The notes under the pieces were generated by a model, which had not been told where the DNA came from, did no database searches, and saw only the letters and a program-made list of their open reading frames with translations. A stretch of DNA of 61,899 nucleotides, the filler included, from Nemertoderma westbladi (lineage: Eukaryota; Animalia; Xenacoelomorpha): the NCBI GenBank assembly GCA_032718475.1. It is 4 parts of 4 records of this genome, joined end to end, with 100 filler letters (N's around TTAATTAATTAA, not from the genome) between each part and the next. Parts side by side here need not be neighbours in the genome. Positions count along the whole stretch, not along the records: positions 1 to 27,837 come from JAUCBJ010004690.1; 3 more parts are not named here. The stretch is one strand, 5' to 3'. Positions 1 to 11,278 of the stretch are shown here, piece after piece. Position numbers and translations under genes: made by a program. The first letter of the stretch is position 1; each line of letters starts with the position of its first letter.

Positions 1-318
1 CACAAAAAATATGAATTCAAAAGCAAATTAATACCGGTAAATAAATAAAACATAAAACAAAGTAAAAACACAAACATTATAAATCGTCATAAAAGGAAGA
101 TAAGTAACTTATTAAACTAACTAAATATATTAAAAAATTACATTGTCGAGATCAGTTGAGGATTATTTATTAATTTAATTTATAACAAACAGTTCCTTAT
201 ATACAATGAAGCTAGTAGTTACTAGCAGTCTAGTTTTTCGTCAATTAATTCGACGTAGGAAAATTTGTTGTCAACATTCGGTTCATAATTAATTATTATA
301 AATGAAAGTATTTTTGGA

Positions 319-394
319 TTTAATCTGGGCAGGAAGCACAACAGTAAACTTCAGCATTTAATCTGGGCAGGAAGCACAACAGTAAACTTCAGCA
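319..394. repeat. 38-bp tandem duplication
   Basis: TTTAATCTGGGCAGGAAGCACAACAGTAAACTTCAGCA occurs twice head-to-tail. Confidence 0.9.
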
Positions 395-924
395 GTTCAT
401 AATTTATTTTTAAATTGTCATGCGAATTATTTAACACTCCCTCATTGGGACAAGTGATGTATCTCTAGATAAAAAACAGCCGATATGTATATTTACACAA
501 CAAATACAAACTATTTGTTGACTGCAAGTGGGGCTGATTTTAGTTCAATCAGGTTTATAACCGAAAGGTGTCGCTAAATTAGACTGAAGAATCGCTAAAT
601 AAAAATAAGACTTGATGAAATTTAATTTAATTAACTTTCCAACCAAAAGTACCTGAGAGTAAATAGGAAATGGGGCGGCTTTATATTAAATTAATTATTA
701 TTATCGTGTAAAATATATTGCTAAATAGCAAATAGATAATAACTGAAAGGAATGTTATTAAATTTATTTGGAAAAATAATTACCAATATAAATTATATTC
801 AAACTATTTCAATAATAAATATTAAAATGTCAGTTAAATGACAATAAAATAATAAGGATATAACAGGTCAATAAACTGACGGATGATGTATTGTATAGGT
901 TAGAAGAAGACGTAATATTTAGTG

Positions 925-1363
925 TACCGGTAACGGTACTAACAGGTACCGATACTCTCAGGTGCCGGTAATAACAGGTACCGGTAGTAACAGGTACCGG
1001 TACTAACAGGTACCGGTACTAACAGGTACCGGTACTAACAGGTACCGGTACTAACAGGTACCGGTACTAACAGGTACCGGTACTACTAACAGGTACTGGT
1101 ACAGGTACAGGTACCGGTACTAACTGGTACCGGTACAGGTACAGGTACCGGTACTAACAGGTACCGGTACTAACAGGTACCGGTACTAACAGGTACCGGT
1201 ACTAACAGGTACCGGTACTAACTGGTACCGGTACAGGTACAGGTACCGGTACTAACAGGTACCGGTACTAACAGGTACCGGTACTAACAGGTACCGGTAC
1301 TAACAGGTACCGGTACTAACAGGTACCGGTACTAACAGGTACCGGTACTAACAGGTACCGGTA
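925..1363. repeat. 16-bp minisatellite (ACTAACAGGTACCGGT)n, roughly 25 copies
   Basis: Direct reading; core contains the palindrome TACCGGTA; some units have ACAGGT insertions. Confidence 0.95.
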
Positions 1364-2296
1364 CACTCCACATCTACCGATACTAAATATCCGGCATTTA
1401 GTACGAATAAGTGATAAATAAATAAATTACAAACAGGTTACGAAACTAACAGATTAACATTTATCTTATCAAAAACTGAATGATAATTCGGGAAAATAAG
1501 TCATTAAAAAGAAAGGCAGTTTTATAAAGATAAATAATTGGACAGACAGAGTAATATATTTATAATAAATTTACTATTTAACCACTAAAAAATATTTAGC
1601 AAAAAGTGCATAGAGAAAAGAGAATTACAAATATAATTATAGTTATAAATATAATTTTCTAGTTTATAGGAACTAACATTTACAGTCACACCGTCGTGGG
1701 TTCCATATAGGTACTAAGACTATCTACTTATAATGAACAACACGAATTAAATGGGATCAAACCGAATCTAATAGATAAAGCAAATATTCAAATTGCACAA
1801 AACCCATAACTTACAATAGAAATACTTTATTGTTTGGAGTTACTGGACGACGACTTATCTAACAAACAGTTAATGGCGAGAAAAGACGGCAAATAGTCAA
1901 CTACCGTTACGGGTTTAGTTGAGTGGGTTTAAAAACGGGAAAGAATCAGGTTACAGCGACGGTGTTCTCCAACCAAAAGAATAATCGAAACTTAATTTCA
2001 CGCTCAATTCACGCCACTACCGGTACCTACTAAACTAATTACTATATTTCATTATTTTGTTAATTATTATATAATTATTTTTATGTAAAATTATAACCAA
2101 ACACAGATATTACTGGAATCATTGACCATGCTGCATATATGCATCGCGTAAACTCGAAAGAATAAAAACTTCAACAAAATAAATTAATAAAAATTATTTT
2201 AAGTATTTAATGGGATTCAAAATAAATATTTTCAAAACTAGTTAAATTCTGCAAACCTGTGAATTCTTACAGTTTGAACTCCATCATAACGAGAAG

Positions 2297-5200
2297 TTAA
2301 ATTAATCTCGATTTATTGAGAAATTCAATAAGAATCTTATAAACGAATAAATATTGTGTGATATTTTGTACGAGTAGCATCCGTTGTTGTCGGATATGGG
2401 CGAGTGTCTGCTGTATGTCGGTCGGTTGGTCGTGCTCCAAGCAGGCGAGCATCAACTCGGCGAGTATGAGCACCCCGGTGCGTCCTACACCGGAGCAGCA
2501 GTGCACCATAGTGGACGGTGCCGCCGAGAGCCGGGGACCCCCTGAGTCGGGAGCTAGGCAACGCAACGAGTTCAACTGGTCCAGGAAGGAGGTGAACCCC
2601 GCCACGCTGTCGGGACAACCGGTCTCCGGCCAATCGGTGTACTGCACGTGCCACACGGTGCGGGTCTGCTTCAACGCGGCGTTCTCTAGCGTCAGAACGC
2701 TCGTTATATAAGTCGCAGACTCTGTGACGTCACGGAATGTAACGCGGAACGGTCCGAACGACATCGTAGGAACGTCGGCGGTAGGCCAGTACTGGTAGGA
2801 ACGTTCCTTACCGCACTCGTTAACCCGGACTAACATCGCGATAACGGTGCAACGGCACTCCCACACGGCGCGCCAATGATCCTCGCAGGTGATCCGCACC
2901 GGCGCCTGACACGCCACGTACTTGAAGGGCCTTGCGGCGACCATGGCGCGAACGTGGTTCGCGTTTATGTAGCCGTCGGGGTTGGCCCGGGTCGCGCTGA
3001 GGCGCACGCGGGTCTCCTCGTACGGGAGCACGACGTCGGGGAACCGGTTCCTCCACTCGTTCCGCTTCGCAGTACCGAACGCGGCGTCCCTTCGGCGTTT
3101 CGCGATCTCCTCGAACTCGGTAAAGACACCGTCGCCGGCGAACCGCGTCTCGAGGGCGCGCCGCTTGGCGTCCCACGCGGAGGAGTCGTCGGACTCGTCG
3201 GACACGGAGGGCGGCACCCCCGAATCGGTGGAGACCCCGGAGAGGCCGTTCAGCGAGGCCATCATGAGGGGGCCGACTGCTGGGGGCGGGTACCGGGAAC
3301 GGGAGGAGGTCGTTGAGGTGTCCGAGACCGTGGGGGAGGGACTGAGAGGCAACCCGGACGAGTTGAACTTCCGAACCGACGATAAACTCGCGTGATCGCG
3401 ATTTGTGGTTAGAACTCTCTCGAGAATGTTAAAGTTGTCGTCGATTTTATGAGATAATTTAATGAGAAGGTCGTCGTCCTCTGTTGGTTTCTTACAAGTT
3501 TCTTTCGTTATCAACGGAAGGTCTGTCGTTTTGTTGCTTATCAACGACACTTGGCTGTTTATCAACGGTTGTTGGTTTCCCAGGAGTGGCGGGTAGACCT
3601 CGACCGGGGACAGACCGGTAGATGGCGTCGCGTAGACTGACTCCGGCTGCGCGTATAGCGGCGGCGTCTCGGCCACCACCGGAACTCCGACCGCGTCGGT
3701 GGGGGTTTCCGGCTCGGCGAGCGGCACCACGAACCACTCCGGGTGGTGGGGGCCGCGCGGGTTGGAGCTGGGTGGCCCCGGGGAGGAGATCAGCACGGAG
3801 GAGGCGCGGTCGTCCTCGTCGTCGTCGCTGCTGGGCGGCTGCTCCGCCGGGGGCGGAGGAGGGCCCGAATTCAACACCGGGACGCATCTCGCTTCCGCTA
3901 TCAACCGCTTCATCAGGGACTCCTCGTCCGCCTGCTGCACCAGCCGCCGTAGCTGCTTTATATCCGGCTCCGACTTGAGACTCTCACTCCAGCGGGGGGC
4001 CGCGCCGCTGGTAGCCGCGTCGGAATACCGCCGAGGAGGCGCGGCCGTCTCCTCCGTACGGAACTCCTCCGGGCTGTACTCCTCCGCTATGGGCGGCGTG
4101 TGCGTCGCCTTTACGGGGGCCGTCGCCGAGGAAATCCGTCGCTCCAACGGCCGCGCCGCCTGCTTCACGGCGAGCGCGTCGACGCGGGGGTACAGCTGCG
4201 GCGGGTCCAATCGGCTGCGCAACTCGCGCGCCGGCGCCGGCCGCAGCTCCGAGCGCGGCTCCGATTGGGTGCGCTTAATGAGCACGAGACGTTGGCAGCG
4301 CGCCGGCAGCAGCGGGTTCAGTATGTGGGGGGGCGTGGCCCCGGAGGAGTGGGGAGGCGTGGGTCCGGAGGAGTGGGGAGGCGTGGGTCCGGAGGAGTGG
4401 GGAGGCGCGGAGGAGAGGGAGGCGTCCGTCTGAACCAGGTCGGGGGTTGAGGTCGTCTTACCGGGATACGGAGGCGGCGGCTTACTCGATGCGGCTTTGG
4501 CGATGCCGTTGCGGATGTAATGCGAGATAATCTGATTGGTCGAGACGGCGGCGGCGGCGAGATCCGGGGTGGAGGATGAGAAGGGCGGCTCGTGGTGGCG
4601 GGGAGGTGGATCGGATATCGGGATCGGGCGCGCAGGGTGCTGCTGGTAGACGCGTTGGTGCCACGCCGAGGTTGTGTAGTTGGGGCAGGGCAGAGGGGCG
4701 AAGCCGGAGGAGGCCAGGGAGGGGGTGGAGGAGGCGTGGTGGATGGAGGAAGGGGGTGTGGGGAGGTAGACGGTGCGGGGGCGCCGGGGTACGCTGTGTG
4801 ACACGACGTCGGGACGGGATGGGGCCGTCGCGGTTCGTTGGTGGACCAACATTAGTTGGAGTTCGCGTTGCAACGCGTTGGGGGAGGAGTCGGCGCCTAG
4901 GGAGGAGGCCAGAGAGGGCGCGTCGACCACAGCGGTGCCCCAGTGGTTGCCCGACAGCTGTTGGACGTTAATCCCGGACGGGAGACACGACTGGTTCAGT
5001 CTGTAGACTCGGTGGTGGGCGACACACAGCCGCCACACATACTTAGCCATCTCCTGGTCCTCCATGGAGAAGTCCACCTCCTGGGAGCGGATCGTCTCCA
5101 CTCCGAAGGATCGTTTACTGTACGTCATGTGTTTGATATCCGCCCAGCGGTAGTGGCTGGTGAAGTTTAGCAACTCGTCCGGGCGGTTTGATTGTCCGTT

Positions 5201-5953
5201 CGGATCGGCGTTCGCCGGTTCCGCTGTCAACCCAGACCACGAGAGTCCGACGCGTACCTCCCGCATTAGCGGGTCCTTAGCCGGGAACCAATGACTCCCG
5301 TATCCATGGAGACTGGAGACGACGAGAAGGTAGGCGAACTCGGCCGCGGGGCGACTCAGACCGCGTTGCTGCGCGTATTTATCGCGAGTCGCTCGGAGAA
5401 GTTCGATAATCGACGAATCGTCGACGCAGAGCGACTCCGGGAAGAGACGAGAACCCTCGGGGGAATCCAGCACGGGATTATCTTCTGATAGTTCACCGTA
5501 ATCAGCCTGCAGCGAGTAGGCCGCAAGGGCTACGGCCTGCTCAGACTCGATCGAGAACGCGCCCGAAAGAACTAGGGATTTAGTCGAATAGTAGAATAAA
5601 CTGCGAGTCACCTGCTGCTGGAGTTTATATATGTCGGGAACAAAATACATAACGCCGAACCGCAGTGTAGAATGCGCGGCGTGCTTGTCCAGTTGTTTCC
5701 GCAAGGGTTTCTCCAGGTCCAGCCATCGCGTCTGTTTCCTTTTCGTCTCGTAACTCAACCCGAAGTAGACCACCTCGATGAGATTGACGCGTTGCGCGAT
5801 TATATCGACGCAATCCTGTCCGGTCGCGTTGGAGGTTAGCGATAGATCCAAAGTGTCCGATGAGTTTCCAATGAGAATCCGCGCGACCCATGAGCTCTTG
5901 TTCGATACGGAATAGCGGTGCTTTTTGTTTAGGAGGTGCAGATTAAATGGCAT
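2297..5953 (-). CDS. PTPN14/PTPN21: FERM-domain non-receptor protein tyrosine phosphatase, PTPN14/PTPN21 (Pez) family; single-exon CDS
   Basis: 1218-aa ORF. N-terminal FERM (YFGLSY..RWLDLEKPLRKQL, ALAAYSLQADYG); linker PPPPYP..TSTPDL motif typical of PTPN14/21; C-terminal PTP domain (RNRFPDVVLPYEETRV, GYINAN, WPE, VHCCSGVGRTG, QNITQY). Confidence 0.93.
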   Translation of the reverse strand: MPFNLHLLNKKHRYSVSNKSSWVARILIGNSSDTLDLSLTSNATGQDCVDIIAQRVNLIEVVYFGLSYETKRKQTRWLDLEKPLRKQLDKHAAHSTLRFGVMYFVPDIYKLQQQVTRSLFYYSTKSLVLSGAFSIESEQAVALAAYSLQADYGELSEDNPVLDSPEGSRLFPESLCVDDSSIIELLRATRDKYAQQRGLSRPAAEFAYLLVVSSLHGYGSHWFPAKDPLMREVRVGLSWSGLTAEPANADPNGQSNRPDELLNFTSHYRWADIKHMTYSKRSFGVETIRSQEVDFSMEDQEMAKYVWRLCVAHHRVYRLNQSCLPSGINVQQLSGNHWGTAVVDAPSLASSLGADSSPNALQRELQLMLVHQRTATAPSRPDVVSHSVPRRPRTVYLPTPPSSIHHASSTPSLASSGFAPLPCPNYTTSAWHQRVYQQHPARPIPISDPPPRHHEPPFSSSTPDLAAAAVSTNQIISHYIRNGIAKAASSKPPPPYPGKTTSTPDLVQTDASLSSAPPHSSGPTPPHSSGPTPPHSSGATPPHILNPLLPARCQRLVLIKRTQSEPRSELRPAPARELRSRLDPPQLYPRVDALAVKQAARPLERRISSATAPVKATHTPPIAEEYSPEEFRTEETAAPPRRYSDAATSGAAPRWSESLKSEPDIKQLRRLVQQADEESLMKRLIAEARCVPVLNSGPPPPPAEQPPSSDDDEDDRASSVLISSPGPPSSNPRGPHHPEWFVVPLAEPETPTDAVGVPVVAETPPLYAQPESVYATPSTGLSPVEVYPPLLGNQQPLINSQVSLISNKTTDLPLITKETCKKPTEDDDLLIKLSHKIDDNFNILERVLTTNRDHASLSSVRKFNSSGLPLSPSPTVSDTSTTSSRSRYPPPAVGPLMMASLNGLSGVSTDSGVPPSVSDESDDSSAWDAKRRALETRFAGDGVFTEFEEIAKRRRDAAFGTAKRNEWRNRFPDVVLPYEETRVRLSATRANPDGYINANHVRAMVAARPFKYVACQAPVRITCEDHWRAVWECRCTVIAMLVRVNECGKERSYQYWPTADVPTMSFGPFRVTFRDVTESATYITSVLTLENAALKQTRTVWHVQYTDWPETGCPDSVAGFTSFLDQLNSLRCLAPDSGGPRLSAAPSTMVHCCSGVGRTGVLILAELMLACLEHDQPTDIQQTLAHIRQQRMLLVQNITQYLFVYKILIEFLNKSRLI
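4325..4410 (-). repeat. 24-bp in-frame coding repeat (PPHSSGPT about x3) in the PTP linker
   Basis: CCGGAGGAGTGGGGAGGCGTGGGT repeated on the + strand. Confidence 0.85.
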
Positions 5954-6191
5954 GGCGGTAATAGTAGCAGGCTACGGTAAGATGTTCATATATTACATCA
6001 TATACCACTCAGACATAAGTCAGTAAGTCGATCATGTAAACGTAATTACTGAATTAATAACTACTATACCGTAGACATTACATAAAAATTGACAAGATCA
6101 ATCGATACCGTAGACAGGTAGACGTGATGATATGATACGGAGGGCGATATACTGATATTATAATAATTAATAGTATTAGTACTGTAGTAGT

Positions 6192-8611
6192 CCAGCTGGG
6201 AAATTAGCCCAATAGGGAAATTTTAAAATTTCCCTATTTGCATAATCGCTATGGCGTATTCCATGAGGACATAGCGCATTAAGTGAGATTTACAGGTAAT
6301 TCACTTCTACCCTATCTGCCTATCTTCAATATAACTACCTAAATATTTACTTTGCCTGATTTCCTATGCTATAGGGAAACATGCATACATTTCCCTATAT
6401 ATACGGAAATGTTACCATGGATAGGATATCTCTCACAATGTTATCAGAAATTTCCTGATAGGGATATATTGTAAAATTTCTTACAGTTTAGGTGGTGTGA
6501 TGATAACTGATATAACTGCAAACTGCACTGTGAGCTGAAATTCCAACGTCTTTGTTGTTGTGCTTTATATGCCTCTACTACAACTACATACATACATGCA
6601 GTAAGCAGTACATATATCATGTAGATACCACTGTGCAAGCATCTTCTTGGGATATGTATATGTATACGTTCATAGTTCATACTATAGAATACGGTAATAT
6701 GTATATTGGTGTATTATTGTATTTGTCTGTTTGTATTATATATTATAGTTATATTATATTTATTCACAGCTATTGCCATACATAAAGTAAGTGCTTTATG
6801 CCTGGTTGGCATCCTTCCTCATTCGTTTATGTATGTACAAAACATTAATTGTGAGTTTTGTATTACAGTATTATTATATTTTAATTTGAGTGTGACAGTA
6901 ATAACAATAGGGTGCTACATGTATAGCCTGTTTTCAGAAAGGCTGACTATCACTCGATGTTTCACGATCTGAGCTCTATTAATTGGGCCTCCCACCTTAG
7001 AGCCATTAGACATACATTCATCATGCATGGGACCTTTACATATTCCTTCTGCTCAATATTCTCAAGAAATTAATTCAAGCATATCTACCATCAACTTCAC
7101 TACTTCACATACGAATCAGTTCGTCAGTTAATCAACAAAATGAGAGGTCTGGTGCTACTGATCCTGATCAAGTTTATCCGCAAGTTATAAAAGCACTATC
7201 TGATACAATTGCTGAACCCCTGGCTTCATTATAAGTCAATGAATGAAGGAGCGCTACCAGTTGATTGGAAGCTCGCCAACATTTCTCCACAATTTAAGAA
7301 TGGTAGTAAATATTTGCTTGAAAACTTCAGATCTATCAGTCTAACATCAGTGGTCTGCAAACTTATGGAACGAAACATTATCAATGAAACATACAGCTAC
7401 AATGCTACATGAAGGAAACTAACCTTATACCCTATGATCAATACGGTTTCCAGAAAGGGCGATCATGCACTCTGCAACTACTTGATTGAATCTTCCATTT
7501 CCATTGTTTCAAAGTACTAGATGATCGCAAGTGATTGATGCGTACTTGGACTTTCGGAAAACATTTGATTCAGTGCCACACCAGAGACTGATTGTCAAAT
7601 TGCAGGCCCTTGGAATAACTGGCAAGTTATTAAATTGATTTCGAGAGTTCCTCTCTTGTAGATACCAACACGTGGTCATCAGTTGCAAAGCATCACCATG
7701 GCACATGTCAAATTGCAGGCCCTTGGAATAACTGGCAAGTTATTAAATTGATTTCGGGAGTTCCTCTCTTGTAGATACCAACACGTGGTCATCAGTTGCA
7801 AAGCATCACCATGGCACATGGCTACCGGCTGACAGTGAGTGGTGTTCCTCAGGGAAGTGTTAATGGAGTTTTCCTATTCCTTGCTGCCTTGGATACGTAG
7901 ATAATGTCACTCAGCTCATTCATCTTTTCGCCGATGACCTCAAAGACAGCACTTTATTCGACCCCAGTAACATCACCTCTATTGCCCCACTAGACATGAT
8001 TGATTGATCGACGTGATTTCAGATTTGGATGTCCTGGCCCGGCTGCCTGGACCGCTGGAGCAAATTGTGGCACCTTCTTTTTAACTACGACGACGACAAA
8101 TGTAAGGTAATGCTCGACCACTCACTAGAGTCCACAGATTTACAAAAAGACTTGGAAGTCCTGTTGAGAGCATGTCATTGGTGATTGGTTAATTCAACAC
8201 ACATTACTAGTATCATGTAATCTTTAGTCAATGTCTTCCATTTCGAAGTGTGTGCAAGGGAATTGCCATAAAGGGTGAAGGAATATTGTAAGGGTACGGT
8301 GATGTTTTTGATGGAAATAAACATCTGGTTAAAAGTAAATGACTGTAGGGTAGGTAGTGTACCAATATTCAATATATTTTGAATCATAGCACTTAACAGC
8401 TTAATGTTATTCATTATTATTAAAACAGGAAATGTACCGGTATACCGGTAGTCAAAATAAATAAAAATTATGTAAAATTAAGTATAAACCAAGATATTGC
8501 ATAATTTTCCTATAGGGAAAGCTGTGATGCCCCTATAGGGAAACACAAATTTCCCTATAGGGAAATAAATAAGTTTCTCTAATGGGCTAATTCTGTAATT
8601 TCCCAGACCTG
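6192..8611. mobile_element. Degenerate non-autonomous TIR DNA element, possibly hAT-like, containing a LINE fragment
   Basis: Left end CAGCTGGGAAATTAGCCCAATAGGGAAA; reverse complement of right end CAGGTCTGGGAAATT[acagaatt]AGCCCATTAGAGAAA. TTTCCCTATAGGGAAA-type palindromes are repeated near both ends. No TSD found. Confidence 0.55.
7050..8170 (+). pseudogene. Decayed CR1/L2-type LINE reverse transcriptase fragment
   Basis: DWKLANISPQFK, NFRSISLTSVVCKLME, QYGFQKGRSC, LDFRKTFDSVPH, SGVPQGSV and LFADDLK motifs broken by stops and frameshifts; internal ~113-bp tandem duplication at about 7592-7819. Confidence 0.9.
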
Positions 8612-9485
8612 CAGACTGTAGTCCAGTAGTCTGGTGCCGGTAGTGTGTAGTACGGTACTGTCAGACTGTTGTGTGTGTGTGCAGTGTGTGTGTGTGCTGT
8701 GGTCAGGTGGTACCGGCACTAATTATAATTATACCAGTATACCGTCTGACCGTATCTTCTAGGCCTATACTACGGCAACGGCAGTACGGGACTACGGCTG
8801 AGGTGTTGGTGCTTCATGCTTGGAGGCCAGGCAGGGCAGGGTGGCCTAATTTTATTTTTCTTGGTCGAACCAGCCAGTCAGCTAGTACTGACTGACTGAT
8901 GTATATTCCAACATTGAGCGTAAATTACAATTATCATAACAGAAGCCATTCAGCCATTAACTACCTGACTACTGAACTACGGTACTCGGTACGGTACTGA
9001 TCTACATCATCACCAGATAGGCCTAGGGGATATCACACTACAGCACTAGAGTCGCCTCGCCACTTTTGCACGGTTCTCGTGGGCCACGCAGGTTAAGGCT
9101 GTAAGGTTACAAGAGTGGCGTCCCAAGAACTGAAGAGTGAAGAAGCCCTAATTAATTAAAAAATGATACCGATACCGCCTGACCATGGGCCACGATGGAA
9201 TGATAAATTTACTCACTGTAACTTAATTTAGTAGGCCTATTCCATGGTATTGGTTGGTAGGCCTATGGCTGTATGGTATACATCATTACAGTATTACTTA
9301 AAGTCAATGACTGACTGACTGTATTGCATTTACAGATAGACACCATTCAGGGCACTAACTCAACATGTACTACTTTTAACCTACACTTACTGCTTGCTTA
9401 TTTTAATTTATATAATTTTAAATATTACGACGACTCATCATCCTACTGCATAACTCGGTGCCGGTGCTTCGACCAACGGTACATT

Positions 9486-11219
9486 ATGCCGCCCTCTCCC
9501 ATCCGGGGAAGGCGGTCCATAACTGTTTCATGTTGCAACTGTGAGGCCGTGTTCGACGACGTCGACGACCTCCAACTCCATATCATGGAGTGTCAGGATA
9601 AACTGGATCGAGATAAACAGGAAGTTAGATCGAGCCAACTGACTGCCGTTTCGGGCTGTCAGTCCCCGGTTGAAATCCTGAAGGGTAGGCCTACTGGTAC
9701 AGGAAATCGTAAACCCAAATCTCCGAAGAAAAGGTCGAATAAGAAGGCAACCGATACGACAAAGGTGCCGGTAACAGATAAGGGTAATTTATCTGTTGCT
9801 GGTAAATCACAACTTCCAACGTCCGGCACCGGCAGTCGACTTCCTGCTAGCAGCAAAGTTTCGAGTACCAAAAGTCCAACATCTAGATTGAACAACCCAT
9901 TTGAGAAACTTAATAACGCCACTCAGGGTGACGACGAAGTTTGCACTGTGTGTGCCAAACGAGTTATTCACAATGGGTTACAATGTTATGGGTGTGACCG
10001 ATGGGAACACAGCAACCACTCGCGTATTCCGGCCGCAGTATACGACGCCCTCGGCAAGTATCCTAGCTTAGTTTTCCTATGTGTTAAATGCCGGGACCAG
10101 TCCATGTCTGAACATGTTGCTGCCGGATCTGGTTGTACCGGCACACCGGTACCGGACAGCGACAATAATCAAGTTTCTGTTGCTGACAAGCTCGAGTCGC
10201 TAACTTGTCAGATGAACGAGTTGCGCGATTTCTTAGTTGGGAAGACCTTGGAGTCGGATGGAAATAGCGACATTCGCTCACCTTCTCCAGAACCCCGCGA
10301 TGCTAGAAGACCACTCGGTCCCACTAAACGCCGCCATGACCAATGGGTAAACCCCAGTCGCCATGGCGCTCCCGCAAATCGATCCTGCAATCTCGAGGAC
10401 AAGATCAAGGACTGCGTTGCTAAAGTTATACAGACCAACAAAGTCGAAGAACAGTCAACGTTGAGATTGTATATTGAGAAACTCCCAGAAACTGGATCTG
10501 CAGAAGGCGATGCCACATCGGTGCGGGAACTACTGAGTCTTATCGACTGTGGCGGAATTCACGAATACCGACTTCGTCGTCTCAGTTCTCCTCGCAATTC
10601 CAATCTTCCTCCGCTGATAGAACTTTCGTTTAAATCACTTAACGATCGTTATCTAATCCTAAAAAACAGCTACAAACTTTCCAAATCGAAGTTTAAGAAG
10701 GTATTCGTCCGCCCCGATCTATCGTCTGCCGTTCGCAGAGAACGGGATATTTTGCGTGCTCACGCGTACCTTGTCCATAGTGACAGGAACGTACACAACG
10801 TTGTGGTTGTGTACGACAACAACGAAAGTTGTTATACGCTCAAGAAGAAGACTGCTCTGGGCCGAATCGACTGGCGATCCACAGTCACCATCACCACAGA
10901 TGACTACGATGCTGCACTAAAGCACATGGAATCTAGAAGGAAACAGTTGCGGAGCGGCCTTCGATCGACCCCCGTTTCCCGTAGCCATGGTTCTCATGTT
11001 CCAATCCAACGTGATGTTCCCTTGGACACCTCGCCAACGGCGCAAGTGGATGGTCAGGTCCCCGACGATGGTTCCGCCGTCAATCGGGTCTCCGACGATG
11101 GTTCCGCCGTCAATCGGGTCTCCGACGATGGTTCCGCCGACAATCGGGTCTCCGACGATGGTTCCGCCGACAATCTGGTCTCCGACGATGGTTCCTCCAT
11201 TATGTCGGGAAACTACTAA
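9486..11219 (+). CDS. LINE ORF1p with N-terminal C2HC zinc finger and PHD finger
   Basis: First ATG at 9486 (the track start 9324 is a TTG). Motifs CCNC..HIMEC and CTVC..CYGCDRWEH..CVKC; C-terminal FVRPDLS motif typical of LINE ORF1. Confidence 0.85.
   Translation: MPPSPIRGRRSITVSCCNCEAVFDDVDDLQLHIMECQDKLDRDKQEVRSSQLTAVSGCQSPVEILKGRPTGTGNRKPKSPKKRSNKKATDTTKVPVTDKGNLSVAGKSQLPTSGTGSRLPASSKVSSTKSPTSRLNNPFEKLNNATQGDDEVCTVCAKRVIHNGLQCYGCDRWEHSNHSRIPAAVYDALGKYPSLVFLCVKCRDQSMSEHVAAGSGCTGTPVPDSDNNQVSVADKLESLTCQMNELRDFLVGKTLESDGNSDIRSPSPEPRDARRPLGPTKRRHDQWVNPSRHGAPANRSCNLEDKIKDCVAKVIQTNKVEEQSTLRLYIEKLPETGSAEGDATSVRELLSLIDCGGIHEYRLRRLSSPRNSNLPPLIELSFKSLNDRYLILKNSYKLSKSKFKKVFVRPDLSSAVRRERDILRAHAYLVHSDRNVHNVVVVYDNNESCYTLKKKTALGRIDWRSTVTITTDDYDAALKHMESRRKQLRSGLRSTPVSRSHGSHVPIQRDVPLDTSPTAQVDGQVPDDGSAVNRVSDDGSAVNRVSDDGSADNRVSDDGSADNLVSDDGSSIMSGNY
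11058..11200 (+). repeat. 30-bp tandem repeat (about 4.5 copies) at the ORF1 C-terminus
   Basis: GTCTCCGACGATGGTTCCGCCG(T/A)CAATCGG, encoding VSDDGSA(V/D)NR; open in all three + frames. Confidence 0.9.
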
Positions 11220-11278
11220 CGGGAGAAGATATAAACTTAATTAATACTCCGAGCACAGCCCCCACCAATTCGACTTAT

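Noticed and set aside
2337-5891. Many overlapping and antisense ORFs within the PTP gene
   Set aside because: Expected by-product of GC-rich coding sequence; no recognisable domains.
9324-9485. TTG-started N-terminal extension of ORF1 in the ORF track
   Set aside because: Eukaryotic context; the first ATG is at 9486 and the extension is AT-rich UTR or flank.
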